Source: Candidatus Omnitrophota bacterium (lineage in GTDB: Bacteria; Omnitrophota; Gorgyraeia; JABMRG01). Taken from it: a stretch of 64,000 bases of DNA. Positions 30,084-38,215 of this stretch are shown here, piece after piece. The DNA lies in assembly GCA_028716165.1 (NCBI GenBank), contig JAQUQI010000001.1:191832-255831 (forward strand). Direction: 5' to 3'. The notes beneath the pieces are model-generated. The model did no database searches and was not told the origin of the DNA. It was given only the letters and a program-made list of their open reading frames with translations. The stretch's first letter is position 1. Every line of letters starts with the position of its first letter. The translations under genes and the position numbers were made by a program.

Positions 30084-30701
30084 TCAGGCAAAAAAAGTAA
30101 GTGTTTCAAGCGCGCGGGAGAGATCCACATCTTCAACCCTGACACCTTCGGGCACATTAAGTTTTACAGGAGCAAAATTCATTATACAGCGTATGCCTGA
30201 TCCGATTATCTTGTCGGCAACCGCCTGCGCCGCGCGGGCAGGCGTTGTTATTATCGCTATGGATATACGTTTTGCCGCGGCAATATCAGCCATCTTTTCC
30301 ATAGGCTCAATAGTAATACCGGCTATGGTCTTTCCTATTTTTTTCGGGTTTATATCAAATACCGCGACAATATTCAACCCGTCTTTGGCAAAGCCCGGAT
30401 ATATCATTAATGCGGAACCCAATCTGCCGGCACCCGCAATGCATATGTTCCAATCCTGGTCTTTTCTTAATATGGATTCAAGGGCCTTTCTTAACTCATT
30501 GGTATTGTACCCTGCTCCGCTTATGCCAAAGGAGCCGAAAAAACCCAGATCTTTCCTCACCTGGGCATCGCTTAGATTAAGCCTTGCGCCTATAGTAGAT
30601 GACGACACCTTGCCTATATTAAGCTCGGATAAGGCCTTGACTTCTCTTAAGTAAGCGAATAACCTTGATATGGTCCCTGTGGGAATTTTTTTTTCTTTCA
30701 T
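30084..30701 (-). CDS. rex: Redox-sensing transcriptional repressor Rex.
   Basis: N-terminal wHTH (ISRLFAYLREV), Rossmann NADH-binding NICIAGAGRLGSAL, ~205 aa. First gene of the hydrogenase operon. Confidence 0.75.
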   Translation of the reverse strand: MKEKKIPTGTISRLFAYLREVKALSELNIGKVSSSTIGARLNLSDAQVRKDLGFFGSFGISGAGYNTNELRKALESILRKDQDWNICIAGAGRLGSALMIYPGFAKDGLNIVAVFDINPKKIGKTIAGITIEPMEKMADIAAAKRISIAIITTPARAAQAVADKIIGSGIRCIMNFAPVKLNVPEGVRVEDVDLSRALETLTFFA

Positions 30702-30723
30702 AAAGCAATCACTTATCTTAAAT

Positions 30724-30763
30724 CTGTAATTAATTTCACAGATACTGTGCTTTTTTTCACGAA
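30724..30763 (-). promoter_or_regulatory. Two adjacent Rex-box-like palindromes between the -10 and the rex start codon. Minus-strand reads cGTGAAaaaaaGCACag and cTGTGAAattaaTTACAGa.
   Basis: They match the TTGTGAA-N4-TTCACAA consensus at 10-11 of 14 positions, with the GTG/CAC cores and N4 spacing intact. Confidence 0.3.
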
Positions 30764-30772
30764 TAGGTTTTT

Positions 30773-30801
30773 ATATTAACTCATTTTTTAAGCTGTGTCA
30801 A
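30773..30801 (-). promoter_or_regulatory. Sigma70-like promoter for the rex-hydrogenase operon: -35 TTGACA (30801..30796) and -10 TAATAT (30778..30773), 17-nt spacer.
   Basis: Read directly on the minus strand: TTGACAcagcttaaaaaatgagtTAATAT. Confidence 0.4.
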
Positions 30802-30859
30802 GAATAAAATCAAACCAGGCAATCCATGCAAAACCATCACAAATAGATAATGCGGGCGA

Positions 30860-31507
30860 TTACTTAAAGATAAAACCTGTCTCGCGCGACCAAAACAAAA
30901 GATCTAATTCGTCAAGCGGTATATGAACGGTTTCGGAAAACCGCCTCATTCGGCCTTCCAGAAATAAATAGGTTTTTTTACTGATGGAGCGGGGAATTTC
31001 TTTTATAATATTTAATCTCTTTAAATTCTTAAGGATATGGGTATCAAGTATAGCCAGGTCCCGGCCAAGGCCGACATTGCGCAAAAAATGGCTTGCCTCC
31101 TTATACCCTATCCCCTTAATATTGGAAACCAGCCACTGCCTTGCCTCGCGGGGATTAGCGGCATTAAAAATATTTTTAAAACCACTGCCGGATTTTTTTA
31201 CAAAAACATTCCTTGCCAGAGTAAGATATAAAGCCTTATTGTTGTGAAACCTTACAATGCCATTTATATTAGCGGCTATCCGGACCCTGCTTCCGGTAAA
31301 TAAGAGGCCTTTTGCTTTCAGTTTCTTAACAGCCCGCGCCCCGTTTAATGCCTTTGAGCCCGGGGTAAAAATACAAAACGCGAGCTCTTCAAATGCCTGT
31401 TTCGGCGTAAGAGGCAAAGGCCTCTTAAAAGACTTTAGCCTCGCGGTAATGCCTGCTTTTTTAATCTTATACTCATATAGAAGGTTTTTAATATTGGCAC
31501 AAGACAT
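30860..31507 (-). CDS. HhH-GPD N-glycosylase/DNA lyase (Ogg2-like 8-oxoguanine DNA glycosylase).
   Basis: About 215 aa. The HhH region (GIGYKEASHFLRNVGL) and ILDTHILKNL pattern are typical of archaeal/Thermotoga-type Ogg. Confidence 0.45.
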   Translation of the reverse strand: MSCANIKNLLYEYKIKKAGITARLKSFKRPLPLTPKQAFEELAFCIFTPGSKALNGARAVKKLKAKGLLFTGSRVRIAANINGIVRFHNNKALYLTLARNVFVKKSGSGFKNIFNAANPREARQWLVSNIKGIGYKEASHFLRNVGLGRDLAILDTHILKNLKRLNIIKEIPRSISKKTYLFLEGRMRRFSETVHIPLDELDLLFWSRETGFIFK

Positions 31508-31522
31508 GATAAAGAAGTTATT

Positions 31523-32437
31523 TTATAGGCTAAAACGGCTCACGATATAACGAAAAGCGGACAGCGCCGCCTTGGCGCCTTCGCCGGCGGCAACTATTAT
31601 CTGTTTTTCAGGCACATTGGTTACGTCTCCCGCGGCGAATAACCCCTCTTCGCTTGTCCGGCAAAGACAGTCTATCTCTATTTCGCCCTCGGAGTTTTTC
31701 TTTATATTTTCCATAAAACCGGAATTAGGCGTAAGCCCGATTTCAATAAATACGCCTTCAAGAGGCAAATGCTCCGCGCCATGCGGCAATGTTATGTCCA
31801 GGCCTGTTACGAATTTATTGCCGGTTATAGCGCGCACAACAGCTCTGTTATATACCTTAACATTTCCGGCTTTTTCAAGCGCCTTTTGCAAAATAGCGTC
31901 TCCGGAAAGCAATTCATCATTATTAATAATGCTGACAAAGCCTGCGATCTTTGAAAGCGCTATGGCCGCGGTAATAGCGGAATTTCCGCCGCCTACGACA
32001 CAAACCCTTTTGCCGGCAAAAATTGGCCCGTCGCAGGTAGCGCAATAAGCAACGCCTTTATTCCGGAACTCTTCTTCACCAGGCACATCAAGCCTTTTGG
32101 GGGTCTTTCCCGAGGCGGCTATCACGGCCCTGGCATTATAAGAACCTTTTATGGTCTTTACGGTAAAAATACCGCCTTCTTTGGCAAGAGATTGAACAGT
32201 CTCGTCTTCTCTGGCGTCTATACCATAAAGCTTTATGTGTTTTCTAAACTTATCCGATAATTCGGCCCCTGTTATTATATTATATCCTGTGTAATTCTCT
32301 ATATCCGAGGCCCACAATGCCTGGCCGCCTATATCCTTGCCCAGCACCAAAAGCTTCATCCCCTTGCGGGCCGCGTATATGGCCGCCGTTATCCCGGCAG
32401 GGCCGGCGCCGATTATTATCAGATCATATGTGGTCAT
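31523..32437 (-). CDS. trxB: Thioredoxin-disulfide reductase.
   Basis: FAD motif IIGAGPAGITAA, redox CATCDG, NADPH motif GGGNSA. 304 aa. Confidence 0.8.
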   Translation of the reverse strand: MTTYDLIIIGAGPAGITAAIYAARKGMKLLVLGKDIGGQALWASDIENYTGYNIITGAELSDKFRKHIKLYGIDAREDETVQSLAKEGGIFTVKTIKGSYNARAVIAASGKTPKRLDVPGEEEFRNKGVAYCATCDGPIFAGKRVCVVGGGNSAITAAIALSKIAGFVSIINNDELLSGDAILQKALEKAGNVKVYNRAVVRAITGNKFVTGLDITLPHGAEHLPLEGVFIEIGLTPNSGFMENIKKNSEGEIEIDCLCRTSEEGLFAAGDVTNVPEKQIIVAAGEGAKAALSAFRYIVSRFSL

Positions 32438-32670
32438 ATGCCTAATTTACTGCTTATCGCGGCTTTGTCAAAACCTATTATAATATCGCCGTCTATATCC
32501 ACGACAGGCACCCCCATTTGAGAACTTTTTTCAATCATCTCATCCGCCCTAGCAGGGTCTGATGCCACGTCTATATCATCAAAAACTATATTATTCTCTT
32601 TTAAGAATGCCTTAAGCCTCAAACAATGAGGGCAGGTATTAGTGCTGTATACCATTATTTTTTGCGCCAT
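32434..32670 (-). CDS. Glutaredoxin-like small protein (CPHC active site).
   Basis: MVYSTNTCPHCLRLKAFL, 78 aa. Confidence 0.6.
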   Translation of the reverse strand: MAQKIMVYSTNTCPHCLRLKAFLKENNIVFDDIDVASDPARADEMIEKSSQMGVPVVDIDGDIIIGFDKAAISSKLGI

Positions 32671-33160
32671 ATAAACCTCCCTTGGATAAATTTTCCCTTA
32701 TACCCCATATTAATCTTACATGACTTTTTTCCTGGTCTATTATCATCTCTATAACAGGCTTGTCTTTATCGGGTAATATCTTTTTCATCTGTTCGTAAAT
32801 CAGTATAGAGTCTTTCTCAATGCCAAGGCTGAAATCAACCGCGTCTTTTACCGTGTCTATATCTGAAACCCTTTTTCTAAAATCATCGTCTGATTTAAAC
32901 AGATAACCGCCGGCCACGGCATTAAGATAATAAAGGTATTCCTGTCCATACGCCTGGCACGGCTGATAACCGCCTATTGAAGATAGTATGGCCAAAAAAT
33001 CCTTCTCGTGTTTTTTCTCTTCTTCGGCCATATCGTTAAAAAACCGGGCGATAGCCTTGTCTTTGCATTTTTTGGCAAAGCCTGAATAAAATTGGGCGCC
33101 GTTTTTTTCAATCTCAACAGCTACTTCAATAATATCGCTTACCGAATATCTCTCGTCCAT
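32639..33160 (-). CDS. Ferritin-like diiron protein of the rubrerythrin family, with no rubredoxin domain. Preferred start is MDERYS at 33160, with a GGGGA SD.
   Basis: ExxH motifs EEEKKHEKDF and DQEKSHVRL. ORF track gives 32639..33202. Confidence 0.5.
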   Translation of the reverse strand: MDERYSVSDIIEVAVEIEKNGAQFYSGFAKKCKDKAIARFFNDMAEEEKKHEKDFLAILSSIGGYQPCQAYGQEYLYYLNAVAGGYLFKSDDDFRKRVSDIDTVKDAVDFSLGIEKDSILIYEQMKKILPDKDKPVIEMIIDQEKSHVRLIWGIRENLSKGGLYGAKNNGIQH

Positions 33161-33161
33161 A

Positions 33162-33350
33162 TCAATTCCCCGTTTTTTCCATAGGCTGGCCGCAGCATAC
33201 AAGCTCTCCGCCGCCTACGCTGGTTACTGTAACTTCATTACCGCATATATTGCATACATAGTGTTCGCCGACATTTTCAACCGCCATAACCCCTCCTTTG
33301 GCCGAACGGCCTTTCCAAGATACAATATTATTTTCTAAGCATATCGGCAA
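33162..33350 (-). CDS. Desulforedoxin-like small protein. The start is possibly the internal MAVENV at 33287.
   Basis: YVCNICGNEV...GGELVCCGQPM, the CxxC...CC desulforedoxin signature. Its stop lies 1 nt before the downstream ferritin-like start. Confidence 0.5.
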   Translation of the reverse strand: MPICLENNIVSWKGRSAKGGVMAVENVGEHYVCNICGNEVTVTSVGGGELVCCGQPMEKTGN

Positions 33351-33382
33351 GGCTTTAACCCGCGCCTGACTGTCTTTAAATA

Positions 33383-34333
33383 TCAGTATTTAACGGCCCT
33401 TAAAACAGCCTTTAAAGCGTCGGATGATTCCTTCAGCTTTTTTTGTTCAATATCCGATAATTCCAGCCGAAGAATTTTCTTTATGCCTGACTTGTTTACC
33501 ACGCAGGGCAGGCTCAAGCAGATATCTTTTATTCCGTAATAATCGTCAATAAGAGCCGATACCGGCAGAACGGAATTCTCATCCCTTATCATTGCCTCAA
33601 CGATCCTGACCAGAGCAAGCGCGACGGCATAGCATGTCGCCCCTTTCGCGTTTATTATTTCATACGCGGCGTTTTTGACCTGATTAAAGATACCGTCAAG
33701 TTCTTTGCCGTAATCGCATTTCGCCTTGCACAGGGGACAGTATTCCTTCAAGACCATGCCCGCGATATTAGCATGGCTCCACAGCGGTAATTCAGTATCT
33801 CCGTGTTCACCCACAATATAGGCATGGACATTTCTGGCGTCTATATTGCAGTGCCTGCCTATAAGAAATCTTAACCGCGAGCTGTCTAAAACCGTGCCCG
33901 AGCCGATAACTCTGGACGGGTCAAACCCGGATATCTTATAGGTAATATAGGTAAGAATATCAACCGGATTTGTCACAATAAGAAGGAGCGCGTCCTGGGC
34001 GTATTTTATGACTTGAGGTATGATTTCGGCAAATATACGCGCATTGGCCTGGACAAGGTCTATCCTGGTCTGATTGGGTTTCTGCCTTGCGCCCGCTGTA
34101 ATAACAACAATATCAGCTCCCCGGCAGGCTTCATAACCGCTGTGATATATAAGGACAGGCTTTATAAAACTCGCCCCATGGTTTAAATCCATGGATTCGC
34201 CCCGTGAAAGATCGTTATTATTGTCAATAAGCGCTATTTCACGGGCAATACCGTTAATGCTTAAGGCAAAAGCGAATGCCGAACCGACATTACCGCAGCC
34301 TACTATAGCTATTTTTGGCCTCAACGCCTTCAC
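33383..34333 (-). CDS. ldh: L-lactate dehydrogenase.
   Basis: IAIVGCGNVGSAFA, ITAGARQKPNQTR (the Gln points to lactate specificity), GEHGDTELPLWS. Confidence 0.75.
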   Translation of the reverse strand: MKALRPKIAIVGCGNVGSAFAFALSINGIAREIALIDNNNDLSRGESMDLNHGASFIKPVLIYHSGYEACRGADIVVITAGARQKPNQTRIDLVQANARIFAEIIPQVIKYAQDALLLIVTNPVDILTYITYKISGFDPSRVIGSGTVLDSSRLRFLIGRHCNIDARNVHAYIVGEHGDTELPLWSHANIAGMVLKEYCPLCKAKCDYGKELDGIFNQVKNAAYEIINAKGATCYAVALALVRIVEAMIRDENSVLPVSALIDDYYGIKDICLSLPCVVNKSGIKKILRLELSDIEQKKLKESSDALKAVLRAVKY

Positions 34334-34356
34334 GTAAACTCCTCCTTAAAAAAAAT

Positions 34357-35004
34357 TCAATCCACAATTTCCTTGAGCTGTAAAATATCATCTATTATAA
34401 AATCCGGCGCGGAGCGTTCTATATCGTCTCTTTTTCCTATGCCGTATGTTACCGCGCATGTCTTTATGCCGGAAGCTTTTCCGGCTAAAACATCAATATC
34501 CATATCTCCCACCATAAGAACGCGGCGCTTGTCATTAACGCTTGTTTTTTTAAACAGCCTGTCAAATTGGCATCTGCTCGGCTTAAGGCAGCTCGTATTA
34601 TCATCACCGATAATATTGTTAAAATAACGCTCAATACCCAGCTTACGCAGTATCAGTAATGAAGAGTTGTGATTCCGGTTGGTCACAACGGCCTTCTCCT
34701 TGTTGCAAAAAAAATCAAGCATTTCCAGCACGCCGGGATAAAGATAAGCGTTATCTGCCGGATGCTTCTGATAATACTGCCTGTATATTTCAAAGGCGCG
34801 GTCTTTCAGGCTGGCGAAATCTTTGCCTAAACAGGCCCTGATAAGCTCATTGATGCCGTTTCCTACGCAGGAAATTACCTCGTCAAAAGACTTTTCTTTA
34901 AGCCCAAGCCGGACAAGCATATGGTTGACAGCTTCTACTATATCCTGCCGCGAATCAACTAAGGTTCCGTCCAGATCAAATATAATCATTTTAATATTTG
35001 CCAT
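34357..35004 (-). CDS. HAD-superfamily hydrolase (phosphoglycolate phosphatase-like).
   Basis: IIFDLDGTLVDS motif I, VVTNR motif II, VGDMDIDVLAG motif IV. Confidence 0.55.
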   Translation of the reverse strand: MANIKMIIFDLDGTLVDSRQDIVEAVNHMLVRLGLKEKSFDEVISCVGNGINELIRACLGKDFASLKDRAFEIYRQYYQKHPADNAYLYPGVLEMLDFFCNKEKAVVTNRNHNSSLLILRKLGIERYFNNIIGDDNTSCLKPSRCQFDRLFKKTSVNDKRRVLMVGDMDIDVLAGKASGIKTCAVTYGIGKRDDIERSAPDFIIDDILQLKEIVD

Positions 35005-35044
35005 GATAAACCGGGTATCCGTTATTTTTTAATGCAGAGCTTTT

Positions 35045-35761
35045 TCAATAACCCGTAAAGCCCTCTTTTATCAGGCGCTCTTTCGGAAAAGACATATTGT
35101 CAATAAGCATCCGGTCCAGGACAGATACCATTGCCGGCGGGCCGCACAGGTAAAAAACCCTTTCGGCATAATCAGGCACCTCTTCTCGTATCATATCGCT
35201 GTTTATAAAACCCGTCCTGCCTTTCCACCCGTCAAGGTCTTTGGCCTGGGCAGAAGTAAGAGTATATATTATCTTCAGGTTCTTTACGCTCTGCGCCATG
35301 GCATCAAGGTCTTTTTTAAATATAATATCTTTTTTGGTATTATTTCCGTAGAAAAGGGCGATATCCGAGGATATGCCCTTATCTGCGATATATTTGAGTA
35401 TGCTCCTGATAGGGGTTATGCCGATACCTCCCGAAAGAAAGGCCGCCTTGCCAGGAATACCCTCATAGATAAAATTACCCAGCGGCCCTTTTATCCTGGC
35501 AGTATCGCCCGGTTTAAGAACAGCCAGCGCTTTTGAAAAATCACTGTCTGTAAGGCGTTTTGTAAATTCAATATAACCTGTTTCAGTCGGGGAATTTGAA
35601 AAAGAAAAGTGCTTGACCGCCTCCCTGCCGTTTACAATAATACCTACAAAAAAGAATTGCCCCGGCCTGAACGCGAATTCCCCGGAAAAGGCAAACCTGA
35701 AACTCTTCACCCCGGGCGCCCTATCTATCACATCAATAACACGAGTATCAAAAGATATCAT
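35045..35761 (-). CDS. FNR-like FAD/NAD(P)-binding oxidoreductase.
   Basis: GGIGITP NAD-binding motif and a C-terminal YLCGPPAM. 238 aa. Confidence 0.55.
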   Translation of the reverse strand: MISFDTRVIDVIDRAPGVKSFRFAFSGEFAFRPGQFFFVGIIVNGREAVKHFSFSNSPTETGYIEFTKRLTDSDFSKALAVLKPGDTARIKGPLGNFIYEGIPGKAAFLSGGIGITPIRSILKYIADKGISSDIALFYGNNTKKDIIFKKDLDAMAQSVKNLKIIYTLTSAQAKDLDGWKGRTGFINSDMIREEVPDYAERVFYLCGPPAMVSVLDRMLIDNMSFPKERLIKEGFTGY

Positions 35762-35764
35762 ATA

Positions 35765-36205
35765 CTATGTCCGGGCTTCATTAAACCAGGCACCGTGTAT
35801 ATTGCATAAAGCCACTACCTCTACCTTTGCCCCCGGCCTTTTGAGGTGCAGGCAGGCGGCGGGGTTGGGTATCTCCGGCATGAAATGCACGCGTGAAACA
35901 AATTTCTTATCCACATAAAAATCAATATGAATAATATAATGAGCGGCTTCCATCGGGTGTTGAACCTGGCCCAGCCTGGCATGTATATCCAGGCATCCTT
36001 CGGGAACAAGGCCGCATTTCTTTTCCACGGCAATCACGGGTATATGCTTTTTTTCAAGCTCTGCCTGGCCGGGCGTTTCTCCTGATGAACGCATAGCAGA
36101 CATATCTTCTGTAAACGCTGCCTTAGCGGCGCCGCATACGGGGCATTTTTCGGGCGCCGAGTCAAAAGCTATATACTTGCAAACCTTGCAGACATGCCCT
36201 TTCAT
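35765..36205 (-). CDS. Superoxide reductase (desulfoferrodoxin family) with a non-canonical N-terminal CxxC...CxxC zinc-ribbon or rubredoxin-like domain.
   Basis: N-terminus CKVCKY...CPVCGA. SOR-center ligand pattern HIPV...H...H...LCNIHGAW. Confidence 0.65.
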   Translation of the reverse strand: MKGHVCKVCKYIAFDSAPEKCPVCGAAKAAFTEDMSAMRSSGETPGQAELEKKHIPVIAVEKKCGLVPEGCLDIHARLGQVQHPMEAAHYIIHIDFYVDKKFVSRVHFMPEIPNPAACLHLKRPGAKVEVVALCNIHGAWFNEART

Positions 36206-36278
36206 TTTTTACCTCCAGCTTTTTTAAGTCTATCCTTTTCTCACCGTATGGATAAAAATTACCGCGTCTTGCGGCATA

Positions 36279-36854
36279 TTAATAATTTTCGCAAAGCAGC
36301 TCATAATACGCCTGGGGGTGCAGGCAGGCGGGGCATTTATCCGGCGCCTCTTTGCCCTCATGCACATAACCGCAGTTACGGCATTTCCATCTGACCGTAT
36401 TGGGCTTGCGGAAAACCGTATTTTCTTTCACGTTTTTAAGCAGTTTGCGGTATCTTTTTTCATGCTCTTCCTCAACCTCCGCTATCTCTTTAAACTGGTC
36501 GGCTATCTCTCCAAATCCTTCTTTGCGCGCCGTTGCTTCAGCATCCTTGTAAAGTTTTGTCCATTCCTCGTTTTCGCCGTCCGCGGCGGCCGTAAGATTC
36601 TGGACAGTATCCCCGATAATCCCTGCCGGATATACGGCCTGTATCCGGACATCGCCGCCTTCCAAATATTTAAAAAATCTTTTGGCGTGCTCTTTCTCGT
36701 TTTCAGCCGTTTCCAGGAATATGGCCGCTATCTGTTCATAGCCGGCTTTTTTCGCTATGCCGGCAAAATACGTATAACGGTTTCTGGCCTGCGATTCTCC
36801 GGCAAATGAAGCCAATAGGTTTTTTTCAGTTTCCGTGCCCTTAACGCTTTTCAT
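36279..36854 (-). CDS. rbr: Rubrerythrin: a diiron four-helix bundle plus a C-terminal rubredoxin domain.
   Basis: ENEKEHAKRF and EVEEEHEKRY ExxH motifs. C-terminus CRNCGY...CPAC. Confidence 0.85.
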   Translation of the reverse strand: MKSVKGTETEKNLLASFAGESQARNRYTYFAGIAKKAGYEQIAAIFLETAENEKEHAKRFFKYLEGGDVRIQAVYPAGIIGDTVQNLTAAADGENEEWTKLYKDAEATARKEGFGEIADQFKEIAEVEEEHEKRYRKLLKNVKENTVFRKPNTVRWKCRNCGYVHEGKEAPDKCPACLHPQAYYELLCENY

Positions 36855-36855
36855 A

Positions 36856-37341
36856 TTAGTTCTCCTTTCTTTTTATACCTTGTTTTAAAATATCACGCGG
36901 AGTAAGGTCAACGATCTTTTCCACGCGCATATATATTATATATTCCGGTTCAGGCAAAATGGCTTCAGGGTGGCTGCTGTGCCCCCTGTCTCCTTTTATA
37001 TTCCTTATCAGTCTGCCGGACAACCTTGAGGTTATCTTCCTGTTCCAGGCCAAAAGCATATCCTGCTGTATGTCCTCTTTATCCACTATCCTGGCCCGGC
37101 CTTTTAAAGAATATCCGATAAACTTATGCTCATCAACAGCCGTAAGGCTGATAACCGGGTTCCTCTTTAAGTTCTTATAGGTTGACTGTTTATAGAGATC
37201 TAAAAGTTGTATATATCCGCGCGGGTCAATGGTAACTATGCCTTTACAGGAATTATGCGCATAACCATCCCTGCCGATGGTAGATACCACGGTGTAATTC
37301 TGTTTATTCAAAAAATGGATAATATCATCGCTTATGCGCAT
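36856..37341 (-). CDS. Pyridoxamine 5'-phosphate oxidase-like FMN-binding protein.
   Basis: The size (161 aa) and split-barrel-like pattern fit. Weak call. Confidence 0.4.
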   Translation of the reverse strand: MRISDDIIHFLNKQNYTVVSTIGRDGYAHNSCKGIVTIDPRGYIQLLDLYKQSTYKNLKRNPVISLTAVDEHKFIGYSLKGRARIVDKEDIQQDMLLAWNRKITSRLSGRLIRNIKGDRGHSSHPEAILPEPEYIIYMRVEKIVDLTPRDILKQGIKRKEN

Positions 37342-37351
37342 AAAGCCTCTT

Positions 37352-37789
37352 TTAATTTAAAACAGGTCTGATAAAATCAAAATACGCGGCTAAAATAACA
37401 GCAAGGGCTGAAAAGAAAAATATGAAAAAATAATTAATAGTATCTTTTTTAGAAGATAATTTACATATAATAGAGGCCAGTATATCATAGTCATGGCCCG
37501 ACAGCGGCTCTTTTGAAAACAGCTTATCTGCCATTCTCGTCTTGGACAGCTCTTTTTGCATAAGCTTGTCGTATTGAAATTTATAGGCAAAAAATATAAA
37601 AAACCCGATAATGCTAATATACCAGAAAATCTTTGCCAAAAGCGGGTTTGTATCCATAATCAAATTTACCGCCCGCATGGTTATAACCGATACAAAACCG
37701 ATAAAAAACAATATCCACGACACAAAAGGCTCTCTGCACTTCTTCAGCCTGATGCAATCACCGCATATCAATTGGCCTCTATCTTTCAT
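37352..37789 (-). CDS. Hypothetical membrane protein with an N-terminal CxxC...C and three predicted TM helices.
   Basis: Hydrophobic segments WILFFIGFVSVITM, IFWYISIIGFFIFFAY and YFFIFFFSALAVILAAYF. Confidence 0.3.
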   Translation of the reverse strand: MKDRGQLICGDCIRLKKCREPFVSWILFFIGFVSVITMRAVNLIMDTNPLLAKIFWYISIIGFFIFFAYKFQYDKLMQKELSKTRMADKLFSKEPLSGHDYDILASIICKLSSKKDTINYFFIFFFSALAVILAAYFDFIRPVLN

Positions 37790-37800
37790 GCCCTTATCCC

Positions 37801-38031
37801 TTAAACCGACACGACCCGGCTGACCGCGGGTATCTGCTTCTTCAGTTGGCTCTCAATGCCCTGCTTCAACGTCATCTGGCTCATAGGGCATCCGGCGCAG
37901 GCGCCCTTTAATCTTACCTTTACCGTCCCATCGTCGCTGACGCTGACAAGTTCCACATCCCCGCCATCAGCCTGCAGTGCCGGCCTGATTTTGTTAATAG
38001 CCTCTCTAACATTATTTTCAAGCATATGCAT
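37801..38031 (-). CDS. nfu: Nfu/NifU C-terminal-domain Fe-S scaffold protein.
   Basis: GACAGCPMS CxxC motif, 76 aa. Confidence 0.6.
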   Translation of the reverse strand: MHMLENNVREAINKIRPALQADGGDVELVSVSDDGTVKVRLKGACAGCPMSQMTLKQGIESQLKKQIPAVSRVVSV

Positions 38032-38215
38032 TCTCCCTTTATAAGCGTAAACGCCTGGATTAGTATAGACAATCGTTAATTATTACGCGGACCGCAAAAA
38101 GCATGATAAAAAGCGGGCCTTTTAGAGTCATGCCCAGGACCTCATACTGCAGCCTTCTTTACAATGGGCAACAGCCCTTAACATCCACTTTTTTGTAAAC
38201 ATCATATCACCTCCT

